From Podarcis liolepis (taxonomy: Eukaryota), in the NCBI GenBank assembly GCA_965112155.1, contig OZ218114.1: a DNA stretch of 64,000 bases. One strand, written 5' to 3'. Within the stretch, counting starts at the first letter, position 1, and each line of letters opens with the position of its first letter. The translations under genes and the position numbers were made by a program. Below the pieces are notes generated by a model. That model saw only the letters and a program-made list of their open reading frames with translations, ran no database searches and had not been told where the DNA came from. Shown here piece after piece: positions 12,961-26,159 of this stretch.

Positions 12961-14192
12961 TTCTGCACTTCAGAAAACATCCTGCCTGATGAAGCATAAA
13001 CTGATGAACACTGAAGCAACCAAACAAAGAAACCTAGTTTCATGTATGTGCTAATGGGGTCTCCACAGGTCTTTACTCTGATACAGCATGGCCCTCTTCA
13101 TGCAATGCCATGTTTCTAGACAAAGAGGCACCAGAACTCACCATGAGCACCTCCCTCCTTCTCTTAGAATGACAATGGCACCCATCTGAAAGCTGCTGGA
13201 ACTGAGGCCCAGCGAGTTCCGCCTGAAAAAACGTCCTGTTCTTATGTTCTTAAGCAGACAGCCCAGCTCAGCTAAGGGTTCCCCTCATTCTTATTCACTA
13301 TTGGAAAGACCTCTTTTCACAAGAGTGGATGCCATTTGCAGCCCTCTGAAGTAGTTAAAGCCTGTCATATTATAGGCAAATATTTCCAGAGGCTTTTGTG
13401 CTGGATGCCTTTAAATTTGATTTTTTTTTTAAAGGAAATGTCTATAACTTCTTAATTTGGAGGCAGAAGGCATGAATCCTGCCAAATTTCAGAAGGATGA
13501 TCAGAACAGTTTTCACATAAGGGCAACCGCTATAGTTTTCGGGTTTGTAAAAAGCAATCACTTATTCTCCCCTAGTGTTTTGTGGGCAACTGGTCTGAAA
13601 ACTGCAGACATGAGTGAGGTGTCCTGGAGTAAAAACCTGCCAAACCGGACCAAGTGTTTTTTGTGCTAGATACCTTTAAAGTTTATTTGGTGGGGCAGTG
13701 GAGGTGAGAGAACAAAAAGGGATTCAGTCCCTCTGATTACAAGCTTGATGAATCAGTCGCAATGGAGCTCTTCCTTCAAGCTCTTTCTACCCCAGTCTTT
13801 GCTCTTGCTTCCCCTGGTGTTATTCCAGCTTAGAGACTTTATTTTTGTTTAGCCGACACTTGTTTGCACGACCTTTTTTAATGTCTGGAATGCACTGGCA
13901 CCACAAAGTGCTTCATGGGTCCGCACTTTGACATATGACACCTTGTACAAGTCCTGCTTTGCCTCTGACAAATATCCCTCTGAGGCAGCAACCTCAGGTT
14001 GAGATTTGGGATTCATTTGAATCTGATGCACACCCCTAAAAATTAGGGTCAGGCCTGTTGTCCCTGCTCAAAACCTCCACATATTTATTTAAAAACACAG
14101 GTGGACAATTTGCATCTCCAGGGCTCCATGTGGCCCTCAGTCCATTTTCATGCAGCCCATGGCTCTTGTCATGTATGGATGGATAAATCAGG

Positions 14193-14195
<3 letters not shown>

Positions 14196-14246
<51 letters not shown>

Positions 14247-14343
14247 ATAGCTGTCAACATTTCCCTTTTTTAAAGGGGAAATTCCCTTATTCCGAATAGG
14301 ATTCCTCACAAGAAAAAGGAAAGGTTGACAGCTATGGGGAGGG

Positions 14344-14392
<49 letters not shown>
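14196..14392. repeat. Two (AG)n microsatellites: 14196-14245 and 14347-14392
   Basis: About 25 and 23 perfect units; they read (CU)n in the EBF2 pre-mRNA. Confidence 0.97.
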
Positions 14393-14395
<3 letters not shown>

Positions 14396-14782
14396 GACAG
14401 AAGGGCTGGCATAAAGAGAGCATCAGAAAAGTGAGTGAAAGACTCATTTTTGACTCCAGCCCCACACAATGCTGGTATGTGACTCCCAACAAATTGCCCC
14501 AAAGAGAATGCAGCTGAAAAAGGTTGCTGACTTGATCTAAAAAAATCTGAAGATGTGCATGCAATTTCATGTGCAATTAGAAATAAATATAATCTGTGTA
14601 TGTGCCACTGGGGCCTTGCAGGGCCTCGATTCTGCAGCAGGAGCTCATTGGTTTGGTTCAGACAAATGTGCAGAGATGTAGAGAGAGGGCAGCTAGCTCA
14701 ATCCTGATGTCTCCCCCCCCCCCCCATTCAATGAATGTCTGCAGAGAGAGAAGTGGGAAGAGAAAGGGGTGTGTGTTCAAAC

Positions 14783-14848
14783 CTGATTATTGTGTGGCGT
14801 TCCATACAGTGCTTCAACTAGGTCAGCTGCTCTTTTCAATAGCATCTC
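14783..14848 (-). CDS. EBF2: EBF2 exon 12 (66 nt): [22 protein letters not shown], first copy of duplicated helix 2
   Basis: Not in the ORF track; translated manually. Acceptor ...TTCTTCTTTGCAG, donor GTTTGA; phase 0 to 0. Confidence 0.96.
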
Positions 14849-15948
14849 CTGCAAAGAAGAAAGAAGGACAACCAATGGTTATAAAGAAGGGCTAGGCAGC
14901 AAGTCTCTGGCAAACAGGATCCCATGTTAGAATGACTTAGATTTGCTTTGATGTTATATGTAGCCATAATGATGCTATGTATCACATCATTTGCACTCTC
15001 ACACTGCTAGGTCTCTCAGTATCATCCTAAATCATACTATAACAAATCTAACTCTTCCTTGGGGTTATCCCTTAAAAATAAGTTGGTTGCAGTGGACAAC
15101 CAACAAGTTTCTCATTTGGAAGGACTGCCACATTTTGGGGAGTAGGTCCAGTGTCAAAGAAATGAACAGAAAATCAGCCAGGCTATATCGTAGCTGGGTG
15201 GCAGACTGGAGCGAAGACTTGTACTTCCCTCTGGTCTGTCACCCAAGCACTGCCCTCTCTGGCCAATGATTGGCCAATTTGAATTCCAGTGGATGGCAAG
15301 CTATACCGCCCTCCTTTGCAGCCAGCCAGGGGAATTCTCCAACAGGCCAGCTGATGAGGGAGAGGCTGTAGCTGTGAAACGTGTGGAAAGCAGGTTTGTG
15401 GACAATTAAATTCCCCAGGAATCTCTCTCCTTTTTGGTCACTGTCTCATTCAATGGATTCCATCACAGAATTTTTGAATGGCATGGGGAAGTAACAATGA
15501 TGAGATTACACAAGTTACCATGGTTATTGCTGTGCCATTTACTAAATATGATAGAAAACAGATGTTGCAAGTAAGCCCATCCTTTGACCACTCACATTTG
15601 TTTGGAGATTATATGTGTCAATTTGACCTCCAGTGCTTACTCTGACCCTTCATTTATGAATGTTTAATGTGGGAATTATTTATTAAGAAATCTCCATTGA
15701 TAGATTTTATCAGACTAATGCATGAGTAGAAAACATGGTGTCCTCCAGATATTGTGGATTCCAGCTACCATCAGCACCAGCCAAGTTTAGTCAATGGTCA
15801 GGGACAATGGCAGTTATAGTCCATATTATCTAGATAGTATCACCCTGGTTTAACCAGTCAATTAAACTGGCATACTTTTAGATACACATAGAATATTTAT
15901 TCTTTCAATGTTTCAAAAATATGTTAAGTAACATAGAAAACTTTTTAC

Positions 15949-16037
15949 CTTGGCTAGTCGTTCCGGGTCACCAGGATGTCTTGGTATAACTTTCTGGAGT
16001 CTTTGGAAACCATAGTCTATGGTAGGCTCATTTAAAG
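15949..16037 (-). CDS. EBF2: EBF2 exon 11 (89 nt): (A)[32 protein letters not shown] helix 1 and loop
   Basis: Not in the ORF track; translated manually. Acceptor ...CCCTATTTTAG, donor GTAAAA; phase 1 to 0. Confidence 0.97.
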
Positions 16038-17154
16038 CTAAAATAGGGAATGGGAAAAAAAGAAATAAAGATCACATATGTGCAACAACTGGCTTAAAGA
16101 CGTGTCTTCCTTTGGGAAAGCAAAATGCTATTTTGCAATTAAAAGGGGGGAGAAACAATGAAATCAGTAACTGAAGGCAAACATGCGCACACACGCGCAC
16201 ACATACACATGAGTGGAGAACAGAAGCTGGCTATTTAAGGGGCAGTTAAGGGGCAATTCGTTAAAGATGTAGAACTTTTATGGAAAAAAGTTTTAACAGT
16301 GCAAGGTACTGTTACTGAACAGGCCTTACTTGTAAGTATTACAGAAGGATATGGGCTATTGAAAAGGGCATTGCTAAATAGTAAAGTACTTTGAGTGTTT
16401 TGTGGAACCTCTGTTTTAACTCTATTTGCAGTTGATTTGGGGGGAGTAATATCTTTGCAGCGCTGGAAAAGCAACCAACTTTACATAGCAATCATCCAAT
16501 GATGCAACAGCTGCTAGTTTTGTCAGGCTGGCAGATGCCTTTAATTATCTTTTAAGAGGCATATTGTCTGTTTATTCTTGGCCATATTAAGAGGGGGGAA
16601 AGAACTTGTCAAAGTGCTTTGGAAATGGGGGCTTATGACATCACAGCTGCCAGCCAATAGGCATCCCCAGCAGGCAGGTGTTCTGCCTCAAAACATAACA
16701 AAACAAAGAGGAAGAGACAAACATCTATTAACAAAACAGCAAAGGTACCTCTGTCACACCTGTAATAGAACTCTGATTCTAAGAGAACAATTTCTACTGA
16801 ATGTGCAAAGGCTACTCTCCTAGGGATTAGAACAGGGTGGGGTGGGGAAAACTTTTGGCTTGGGGACCAAATGCATCTCTCTAAACCTCTCTAACTGGTC
16901 CACAAAACTTTCCCCATACTATACCCCCCCCAGCCACACCTGATCTCCCCAGGCCATGCCTATCACCAGTCCTACTTCGCACACCTCAACTGCTTTGCCT
17001 GACTTGAGAATGCATCTTGCTTGCTTGGATGGAGGATAGAGATGGATGTGCATAAAAACTAGCCCACTGTACAAAGATAAAATCTTCATTTGTTGCTCTG
17101 CCCATTTTTGCATTTAATCACTGACGTCTGACCTCTGCAAGGTTGCCCAGAAGA

Positions 17155-17750
17155 GATTGATTGATTGATTGATTGACTGATTGATTATTTATTTATTTAT
17201 TTATTTAGTTGTTAATCACTTTTCTCACAGAGGGGCCCAAAGTGACTTACATTACAACCAATTCAGAACATTCAATAAAAATAAAAAAATGCAACTAAAG
17301 AGATAAAACAGTGCTACCCTTCAATATAAGGACCAAAAGCCTGAGTAAAGGGGAAAAAACCACCTTTATTTTACACCTAAAATATAGAGGAAGGTGGGGA
17401 GAGTATTCCACAAGTGTGTGAGGGCACCACTGAAATGGTCCAGTCTCGTATTCCCACCCTCCAAGCCTCCTATGGAGTGGGTAAGCAAAGAAGGGTCTCC
17501 GATGATGATTGCAGGGTCTGGGTCAGTTTATGTAAGGAGAGGCAGTCTTTGGGGTACTGGGTCCTGAACCTCATAAGGCTTTATAGGTCAAAAACATGTC
17601 TTTGAATTGATCCCAGAAACAAAGTGGTAACCAGTGCAGTCATGCCAGAATGGGTGTTAATTGTTCAGACCCTCTTGCCCCGATCAGCAACCTTGCCGCC
17701 AAATGCTGCACCAGCTGCGGTTTCTGAACTTTCTTCAAATGAAACCCATC
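17155..17750 (-). mobile_element. L2 LINE 3' fragment with (GATT)n/(ATTT)n tail
   Basis: Reverse strand reads L2 C-terminal segments (HWLPL...FK...LTYKAL..GP.Y). The simple-repeat tail lies at 17155-17207. Confidence 0.72.
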
Positions 17751-20481
17751 ATGTAAAACACTAAGGTTGTCCACCCCTGGACCAGATCAGTGATAAAGGG
17801 ATATCTTTCAAGGTGGATTGTAGGAGGTCACAGTGGATTCAGCTCTGGATAGACTCCTACTTTTACCCATATCAACAAGCAAGCTTGCTAGGATTGCCCC
17901 TTGGGAGAGCTCACTAGTGTTTATGCGGGAAGCAGAGTTCGGGCCCACCTGTTCCTTTGATACTAGTGTTTAACTTAATGGCAGATCGTTCACCACCTTA
18001 AAATGCCCACAATATCCAAATAGAGCAAAGCTGCACCAGAGCCTTGTGGGAAATTTTAAATGGTGGATGGTTCACAAACCCTTGCTGCAGTCTGCTCCAC
18101 TGCTTCTCCACACCACGGCAGCCCACCCTCACCACTGGCCAGACCACTTGAAGGGCACTCATTCTGAGAATAGTACAGAGCTACACTTTGCCTGGGGGAC
18201 ACGCCTGGGCTTGATAGCTGATTGGCAGCAATAAATTAAACTGGAAATCATAGCGCTGTCCCCTATGCTCTCATCTGCCTCTACTTAGCAACATAGAAGC
18301 AAGAAATCATAATATGTCCTGGTGACATACATTTTGATTTATTTTAATGAAACAATGATGGTGAGTTTAAATATTATGGGACTGAATCAAATGGGAGTTG
18401 AGCAGGAAAGCCTTAGACCTGAGAATTTAGATTTTGCTATACTTAGAATGTTTTTTCCCTGCCTACTGGGAACCATTCTGGATCACTTAAGGAGTTTAAT
18501 AATACACATTTCAACTGCCACAGAATCTATTTCCCATTTGGGAGCAGGGCAGGAAAGTTATGCCAATAATCGTAAGAATTTGTCAGAATCCTCCTGAGAT
18601 CTTATATATCACAATGTGCCATTTCTCTTCTTTCTTGTGAGTCTAATAGTTTAAGGGAATTACATGTCTTATTTCAAGCAAAAGTGGTTATGAACTTTTG
18701 AAATAAAAATAATAAATGAAATAATATCTAAATGTGTGTATTTAAATAAAAATATCTAATGAGAATATCCAGATTTGATGATCAAGAAAACAATCAGGCT
18801 ACTGCTTAGTATTAATTGTTTTAAAAAATCAACAAAAATATGCTTTCAGTTTGTCATGATAAGTTGCAACAGTTGCTCTATAGCTTCTAGTGAATCTCAG
18901 TTCTTATTTATTTGATTTGATTTTGCTGTTCACAATTCTAGTCCTCTGGGTTGTTGATGAAATTTTATTAGGCCCATAATGCATTGCCAAAAAAGAGTGT
19001 TTGCATCACCAAAATAAGATGGTAAAAGAGATACCAAATTTGCATAAAAGTTGCATATGATGATTTCTATGTCTACATGCAAATGTAAAAATTATTACCA
19101 TAAATTAAAATATAACACATCTCGCCACAGTACAGAAGCCCTGCTTTATGTCCCTGTGCCATCTGAAATATAGCAGGTAGAAACATGCCTTTTTCAGGTG
19201 TGACACACAAGATGTGAAACATCGTACCACAGAGGCCTTCTTGGTTCCACTGCTTGCCACCAATGAATAGCAAAGTGTTGTCTTTACGGGGGGGGGGGGG
19301 ACTGGCTTAGTGCCTTTGCTCAGATAGGTACATAGATATACAAGAGAGTCAAGCCATTCCTTTTTTAAATTCAGTTCAGGTTTGGCTGCATCTGATGCTG
19401 TTCTGGATTGGTTCTGGTTCTGGTCAAGCAAGATTCAGCAATCAGTTCTGCACACACAGCCAACCAATTCAGTTCCAGTTTACACAAGAAAATTTAAATG
19501 TAAGGCACATTATCGATACTGATCATCTGCACAGTGCAATAGCGCAAGCTAATATGTCTAAAACTGTTGCAACCAAAGCCCTATGCAGAAATTATAGTTA
19601 CACAGGAACAAAACGCCTGATGGTGCAGAAAAGCCCCCACCCCTAGTTGCATGCTCAGTCCAGACTGGCTGATATTTGTTCCAGATCTCATGGAAGTTTT
19701 CATGTGTAAAACTAGATTCACAACAGCCCCTCACACTGCATATGTTCAGGCTGTACACACAGTCTGAGGCCTGGAGCAAAAGGTGGCTCTCCAGGCTGGT
19801 CCTTGGAAGATGCTCATGGCCACAGCCTCTTCCCAGACACATTGTCTCTCCCCAGGCCACAATCTTCACTGGCCTTGCTTTGCACTCTCCTTGAGTGCTT
19901 TCTGACAGGTTGGAATGTGTCCTTGATCTCTGTTAATGGCTCTTCCTTGTCTGGATGTGTGTGCAAGAAGTGTGTGTGTAAAAGCTAGCCTACTCTGCAA
20001 GCGTAAAAATTATATTCACTGCTCCATCCTTTTTTGCCTCTTGCCCCACCCATATGGCCTCTGGAAGGTTGCCTAGAAGGGAATGTGGCTCCAGAGCTAA
20101 AATGAGGCTTCCCATCCCTGGGTCATAGATCGTATGTGATACATCAGGGACAGGCTTACTTGACATGGCCCCATTCATGCTTCTGTGTTGCTGCACATGG
20201 AAGCTAATAACGCCTGCACAAGGCTTAAGTGTCAGCAACATGTACTATTAAGCATGCACAACTACTTGAGATTTCTTTCCTTTCTGTGGCTATCATTATA
20301 TTGTTGAAATTGGATTGAATCCAGACTAAGCTAGTTGAATTTAGGCCTCTCTGAAATCAGTGGGACAAGTTAGTTTTGGCTTAATTTAACTCCCAGTGGA
20401 AACTATGTTCAACTGAATTCAAATAACTTACCGCCCAACTCCAACCATGTCTACTCAGACATGTGGGGCCTACTCTCAGAT

Positions 20482-20497
20482 AGTAGTAGTAGTAGTA

Positions 20498-20544
<47 letters not shown>

Positions 20545-20630
20545 TTTATTTATACCCCGCCCATCTGGTTGGGTTGCCCCAGCCACTCTGGGCGGCTTCC
20601 AACACATAGCACCATAATAAAACATCAAAC
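20482..20630 (-). mobile_element. Short LINE/SINE 3' end (probably L2-related) with (AAT)n tail
   Basis: ATACCCCGCCCATCTGGTTGGGTTGCCCCAGCCACTCTGGG; an inverted copy with an (ATT)n tail lies at 39752-39843. Confidence 0.65.
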
Positions 20631-21329
20631 ATGTTTTATTGAATCAAATCTGATTCAATACAAAAAGTCACAATATCTTTAAAATGAACAATTTATATCA
20701 AATAAAGCAATATTCAATAATCCATCAATAATAGTAAACAGGTAGGATGTAAGAAGGCATGGTTTTGCATTCCATACTGTATTACTTGCATGCAACACTG
20801 TTTCCATTCCTCTGCAGTCTGCCTCCACAAAAAAGTGTCTTCTCACTGTCCACTGTGGTGTAATTATGTAAGTTACGTAAATTACATTGCCATTATGTTA
20901 TTCCACACCATTAATTTCAATGCAAAGGAAACATAATGCAAATGGTGGAGGAAATGTCATCAATTTCAAATTATTTAGTGGACTGAAAGCAACAGCAGCT
21001 GCAACAACTGACCGTATTCACTGGACTGATTTCCATTCTGGACATGGAACAAATAAGTGTACAGTGGCAACTTCCACTCCTATTTCTGCCTTCATCAGAA
21101 TTCTCCAGCATCCTGACCCCCAGATAAGTGGGATTAGGACTGCAGCTGTTGACTGGATCCATCCCACTGTTGTGTGCCTTTAGTGTTTTCAGGCCCAAAG
21201 CAGGGTGCCAAAAATCAGCCCATTTCCGCAAACCTCCATGGATAGGTTTCTAAACCTTTTCAGCTACTGGGGGACTTCTCCCCCCCACCCCTTTATAGAG
21301 TGGGTAGAGGGAAGCGGGGAGAAGCTCAA

Positions 21330-21580
21330 AACAATAAACACAGCCTTGGCACCACAATCAGCTGGGTGATTGCTTTGCAGCAGCATTGTGAGTGATAACA
21401 CTCAGAGAGGAACTGCTGACAGATTCTTAACTACAGCATTGCTAGTATGACATACTTTGCCGTAACCTATTATAAATACCCATTATGGGGAACATATGCA
21501 TGCCGATAACAGCTCCCACTGTGACATTTAGATTTACCCTTGGAATTTATCTTTAATTTTTATGGTTGTCTTTTTAACAG
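21330..21580. promoter_or_regulatory. Candidate conserved non-coding element (intron 10)
   Basis: Repeat-free; E-boxes CAGCTG and CATATG, GATAA x2, TGACA x3, TTTATGG. Confidence 0.35.
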
Positions 21581-22454
21581 TTTATGGCTCTCTCCTCTTC
21601 AAACAAGCTGTCTCAGTGCTGTTCTTGTTCAGCTAATGCCTAATCAGTTTGAACATGGAATGAATATTGGATTTTGTATTAAATATTGAAGACTTCTCCT
21701 CAGATCTTTAGCAGTTGCAACCTGAGCTCCGAAAATCCCTGCTTTATCATCTCTCCACCTGCTTACTAATAGGAACACCGGATTCAGTCTCTGCCTTCAC
21801 GGCCAGTTCCCTTGGGAGGGATCTTGATAGGAACCTGATTCTGACATCAAAACTGCTATTGACTTATTGACTCCCCTTCCACTCTGGTGCTGATCACGGT
21901 ACAAATCCAATCAAAGACTTGGATCCATCTTATTCCTAATAAGGAAGAATGGCTCAAAGTATAACACAATTAGAAGCAGTTTCTAAGAGATGAGAACAAA
22001 TTTAATATTTGAGTTTGATTTCTAACCATGATTACTCAGACATATCATTGGGTTTAATTGGACTTGAGTCCTAGTACCTTGTAGGGGATTAAATGGAAAC
22101 TGAGCATCAATTAGACAATTATTCTGAGATCTGAATTATTACCTGATCCTGTTTCCAAATTTGAACTATTCCGTACCCCCATCCTCCTCAAATGTGGTAC
22201 AGAGCACTTAGTATGTGGAATTTGTCACAGTTTTGTACACATTGAAGAAATGCTGTTTTGGATGCAAGGTTGCATCAAGATTCTTTATTTGTGTTGTTTT
22301 ACTGGTTCAGTTGTGCACAGTGATAAAACACCACAAAAAAGAAAAGAAAACTTGAGAATAGTACCTATCACTGCTGGAAGAAAGACTGGTGGATTAAATA
22401 AATAAATTCAGGAGGAGCTGGATGCCAGACAGAGGGAATCCACAGAACAATAAA

Positions 22455-22640
22455 CATAGAAGGTGCCTTTTATTGAGTCAGTCCATTGGTCCACCTGGCT
22501 CAGCCATTGTCTACGCTGAATGGTATCAGCTTTCCAGGATTTCATGTAGGGGTTATCCAGTCCTACCTGGAGATGCCCAGTATTGAACAAGGGACCTGTT
22601 ACATGCAAAGCAAATGCTCTTCCCCTGAGCTATGGCCACC
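22455..22640 (-). mobile_element. tRNA-derived SINE (non-Sauria)
   Basis: Minus-strand head GGCCATAGCTCAG...AGAGCATTTGCTTTGCATG...GTTCAATAC..GGCATCTCCAGGTAGG. Related copies near 11295-11520, 32225-32420, 34060-34340 (two), 35845-36040 and 62780-62900. Confidence 0.75.
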
Positions 22641-23683
22641 CCAAAAAGAAATGAACTGGTGAAGTTGGCTTATACCTAATTCACACGTACGTACACACAC
22701 ACACACACACGGATTTCCTGCTCAGAATGCAAAAATTATAACATCACATTTTGAATGCTGACCCTTCAGTCTTGGCATGAATTAAATATGTGCAAGACAA
22801 CTGCTGTACCTATAGCTTATTGATGGCAGGGTTAGACCCCAAGGGAACCATTTTAAATTTCAAATGTTACTTTTTAAAGAAATTATTCCCACTTCCCTAC
22901 CCCAATTTGATTTTTACTTCAGCCATTGTTTTGACTTAAATTGTCAATTTCATATAGAAAGTATTGCATATTATCCAGGACTATGTATAGATTCACCAGT
23001 GAAAGCTGAGAAAAAGGAACGATCTGTACCATGAGCAAAACAGACTTTGAACACCACTAATATAGTAATTGGAGGCAAGAAAAACAACAACACCCTGGGT
23101 TAATTGTGCAGCTTGGAAGTTCTTATTTTATTGTTCTGTGTTTTTCTTTCAACAATTCTACTACCAGCCAAAATGAGCTGGGGGAATTGCTTACACCAGG
23201 TGCAGCTGTACTTAATAGTTGTGTTTATCGCTTTGCTTGTCATGATCTACTTAGATAGAGAGACTGAGAAATTGCTTGATTCTCCCTCCTCCCATCACTA
23301 ATTTTATGGAGCATCTTCTAGCATAAAGCAGCAAAACAACCTTTCCCTTCTGGATGGATCTGAAAATCATCTTTCACTATTTCCTTGGGTATCTATGTTC
23401 TTCTGTATGGTCAAACAGTAGCAGTGGGACTGGCTCACTGTTTGGATAGATGGATTATCCGTTCCTGGCAGCAGCCTCATTTGGGGCACTGGCTGAAGCC
23501 ACACTTCAAACAGAAAGTGGGGAGCCCATAGTGCAGGGGAGGGAACCAAAAGGTACAAGGAAGGTTTGTGTGGGAAGAAGAGTTGAGGCACCCACAAGAC
23601 ACAGCTATGAATTTGCTCCCACAACAGGCAGTCATGTCCACCAATTTAGGATGGTTTTAAAAGAGGATTAGTGTAAGATTATC

Positions 23684-23933
23684 ATGTGTATGGAAGTGAA
23701 AGCTGGACCATAAAGAAGGCTGATCGCTAAAGAATGGATGCTTTTGAATTATGGTGCTGGAGGAGACTCTTGAGAGTCCCATGGACTGCAGGAAGATCAA
23801 ACCTCTCCATTCTGAAGGAAATCAGCCCTGAGTGCTCACTGGAAGGACAGATCCTGAAGCTGAGGCTCCAGGACTTTGGCCACATCATGAGAAGAGAAGA
23901 CTCCCTGGAAAAGACCCTGATGTTGGGAAAGAT
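23684..23933 (+). mobile_element. RTE-BovB LINE ORF C-terminal fragment
   Basis: YGSESWTIKKADR*RMDAFELWCWRRLLRVPWTAGRSNLSILKEISPECSLEGQILKLRLQDFGHIMRREDSLEKTLMLGKI, the characteristic BovB C-terminus; truncated at both ends. Confidence 0.93.
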
Positions 23934-26100
23934 CGGTCCTGGAGGTTTTGCTAAATATGATTAGAAGGGACCAATTGGTAAAAGGCATACAAGTGGGAGC
24001 CAAACAGTACAAATTGAAAGCATTTGCTGACAATTTGGTATTAACTTTACAGGAGCCAGAATCTAGCACCAAAAGAGTATTAGAACTGATCCAAGAATTT
24101 GGCCAGGTAGCAGGTTTCAAGTTGAATAAGACAAAAACTAAGGTTTTAGAGAAAAATCTAACTGAGATTGAGAGAGATAAGTTTCAGAAGGAGACAGGAT
24201 TGACACTGGTTAAGAAAGTGAAATATTTAGGGGTTAACATGACTGCTAAGAATGTGAATTTATTTAAGGATAATTATGAAAAATGTTGGATTGAAGTGAA
24301 AAAGGATTTAGAAATATGGTCAAATTTGAAGTTATCGTTGTTAGGCCGAATTGCTGTGATAAAAATGAATGTATTGCCAAGAATGCTGTTTTTGTTTCAA
24401 ACATTGCAAATTTTGGATAAAATGGACTGTTTCAAGAAGTGGCAGAGAGATATCTCTAGATTTGTCTGGCAGGGCAAGAAACCTCGAATAAAATTTAAGA
24501 TATTAACAGATGCTAAAGAAAGAGGTAGATTTGCCCTGCCAGACCTTAAACTTTATTATGAATCAGCCGCATTTTGTTGGCTGAGAGAATGGATGCTTCT
24601 TGAAAACACGGATGTGTTGGATTTGGAAGGTTTCAACAACGTATTTGGTTGGCATGCATACCTGTGGTATGATAAGGTTAAAGCACACAAAGCATTTAAA
24701 AACCATATTGTCAGAAAAGCACTGTATAATGTTTGGATAAGATATAAGGACTTGTTAGAAAATAAAACCCCAAGATGTTTGTCACCAATGGAAGCAAAGG
24801 CTCAGAAAAAACTCAATATGGAGGCCAAATGGCCGAAGTATTGGGAAATCTTGGAACAAGAGGGAGACAGATTAAAATTGCAGAGCTTTGAAAAATTAAA
24901 AAACAGAATATGAGATTGGCTCCATTATTATCAAATAATGGAGGCATATAATTTGGACAAAAAATTAGGCTTCCAGGTGGAAAAATCAAAATTGGAAACC
25001 GAATTGTTAGACCCTAAAGTTAATAATTAGTCAAGAATGTATAACTTGCTGTTGAAATGGAATACTCAAGATGAAACGGTGAAATCTGCTATGATTAAAT
25101 GGGCACAAGATGTTGGACATAATATTATGATGGCTGACTGGGAACAGTTATGGACCACTGGTATGAAGTTTACGGCATGTAATGCCTTAAAAGAGAATTT
25201 AAAGAAAATGATTTACAGGTGGTACATAACACCAGTCAAGCTTGCAAAAATTTACCATTTGCCCGATAATAAATGTTGGAAATGTAATGAAACTGAAGGT
25301 ACATTCTTTCACCTTTGGTAGACATGCCCAAAGATTAAGGCATTCTGGGAGATGATCTATAATGAAATGAAAAAGGTATTTAAATATACCTTTCTGAATA
25401 ACCAGAGGCCTTTCTCCTGGGCATGGTCGGCCAATTGGTGCGAAAGACAGAACTTTTTTCATGTATGCCACAACAGCAGCAAGAATACTTATCGCAAAGC
25501 ACTGGAAGACACAAGATCTACCCACCAGGGAAGAATGGCAGATGAAGCTGATGGACTACATGGAACTGGTGGAAATGACTGGCAGAATCCAAGACCAGAG
25601 AGAAGAGTCGGTGGAAGAAGATTGGAAAAAAATTAAAGTATATTTACAGAAATATTGCAAAATTAATGAATGTTAGAAGGATGCTGGAACGAAGTTATAT
25701 GGCTTTAGCAGAAATGTTATAAAGAATTAAGTAAAAATAGATTGTTAATGGACCGAAGTGGAAAATTTAAGGTTAGAGTGTCTTAAGTTAAATTTTAGAA
25801 TGAAAATTGAGAAAGATGGAAAGGACTTGCTGAAATAGCTAATTGAACTAGAATACAAAAAAGGGAGGTGTGAGGAGGTCGATGAAACAAGTATATGAAA
25901 GGTAAAGACATGGAAAGGCTGGATGTGTTTTTAAATGTTTTTGTTCTGTTTTTTTGTTGTTTTTTGTATTGTTTTTTGTTTTTTCTTTTTTGGTTTTTTT
26001 ATGTATTGTAAGGTATTGTTTTGTTTTGTTTAATTTTCTATTGTTCTTTTTCTCTTTCTGTAATTTGCAAATTCCTAATAAATATCTTTTTTTAAAAAAG
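23932..26100 (+). mobile_element. L1-clade LINE, 5'-truncated: 3' half of ORF2 (to 25676) plus 3'UTR
   Basis: RT motifs AFADN (degenerate FADD), KYLG, LSLLGRIAVIKMNVLPR, FALPDLKLYY; zinc knuckle CWKC...HLW*TC; stops at 24911 and 25319 plus frameshift(s); T-rich UTR 25925-26060; AATAAA 26077-26082 and a short A tail. Confidence 0.93.
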
Positions 26101-26159
26101 AGTGCCTTTTATCAATTTCATCTGGTTCACCTGCTATGGCAGTTCCCAGTTGTTAACTT

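Noticed and set aside
20760-20970. Similarity to 53060-53240 as a local duplication
   Set aside because: Short and diverged; best explained as two copies of an old interspersed repeat.
22560-22640. tRNA genes at tRNA-like sequences (also 32225, 37230-37304, 62780)
   Set aside because: These are degenerate SINE heads running into SINE bodies; no intact cloverleaf.
23684-23933. BovB as evidence of contamination or new horizontal transfer
   Set aside because: BovB is a normal resident of squamate genomes and the partner LINE of Sauria SINEs, which are present here.
23948-24913. 321-aa ORF as a nested or domesticated gene
   Set aside because: It is truncated L1 ORF2 with a mutated catalytic motif (FADN), a premature stop and downstream frameshifts.
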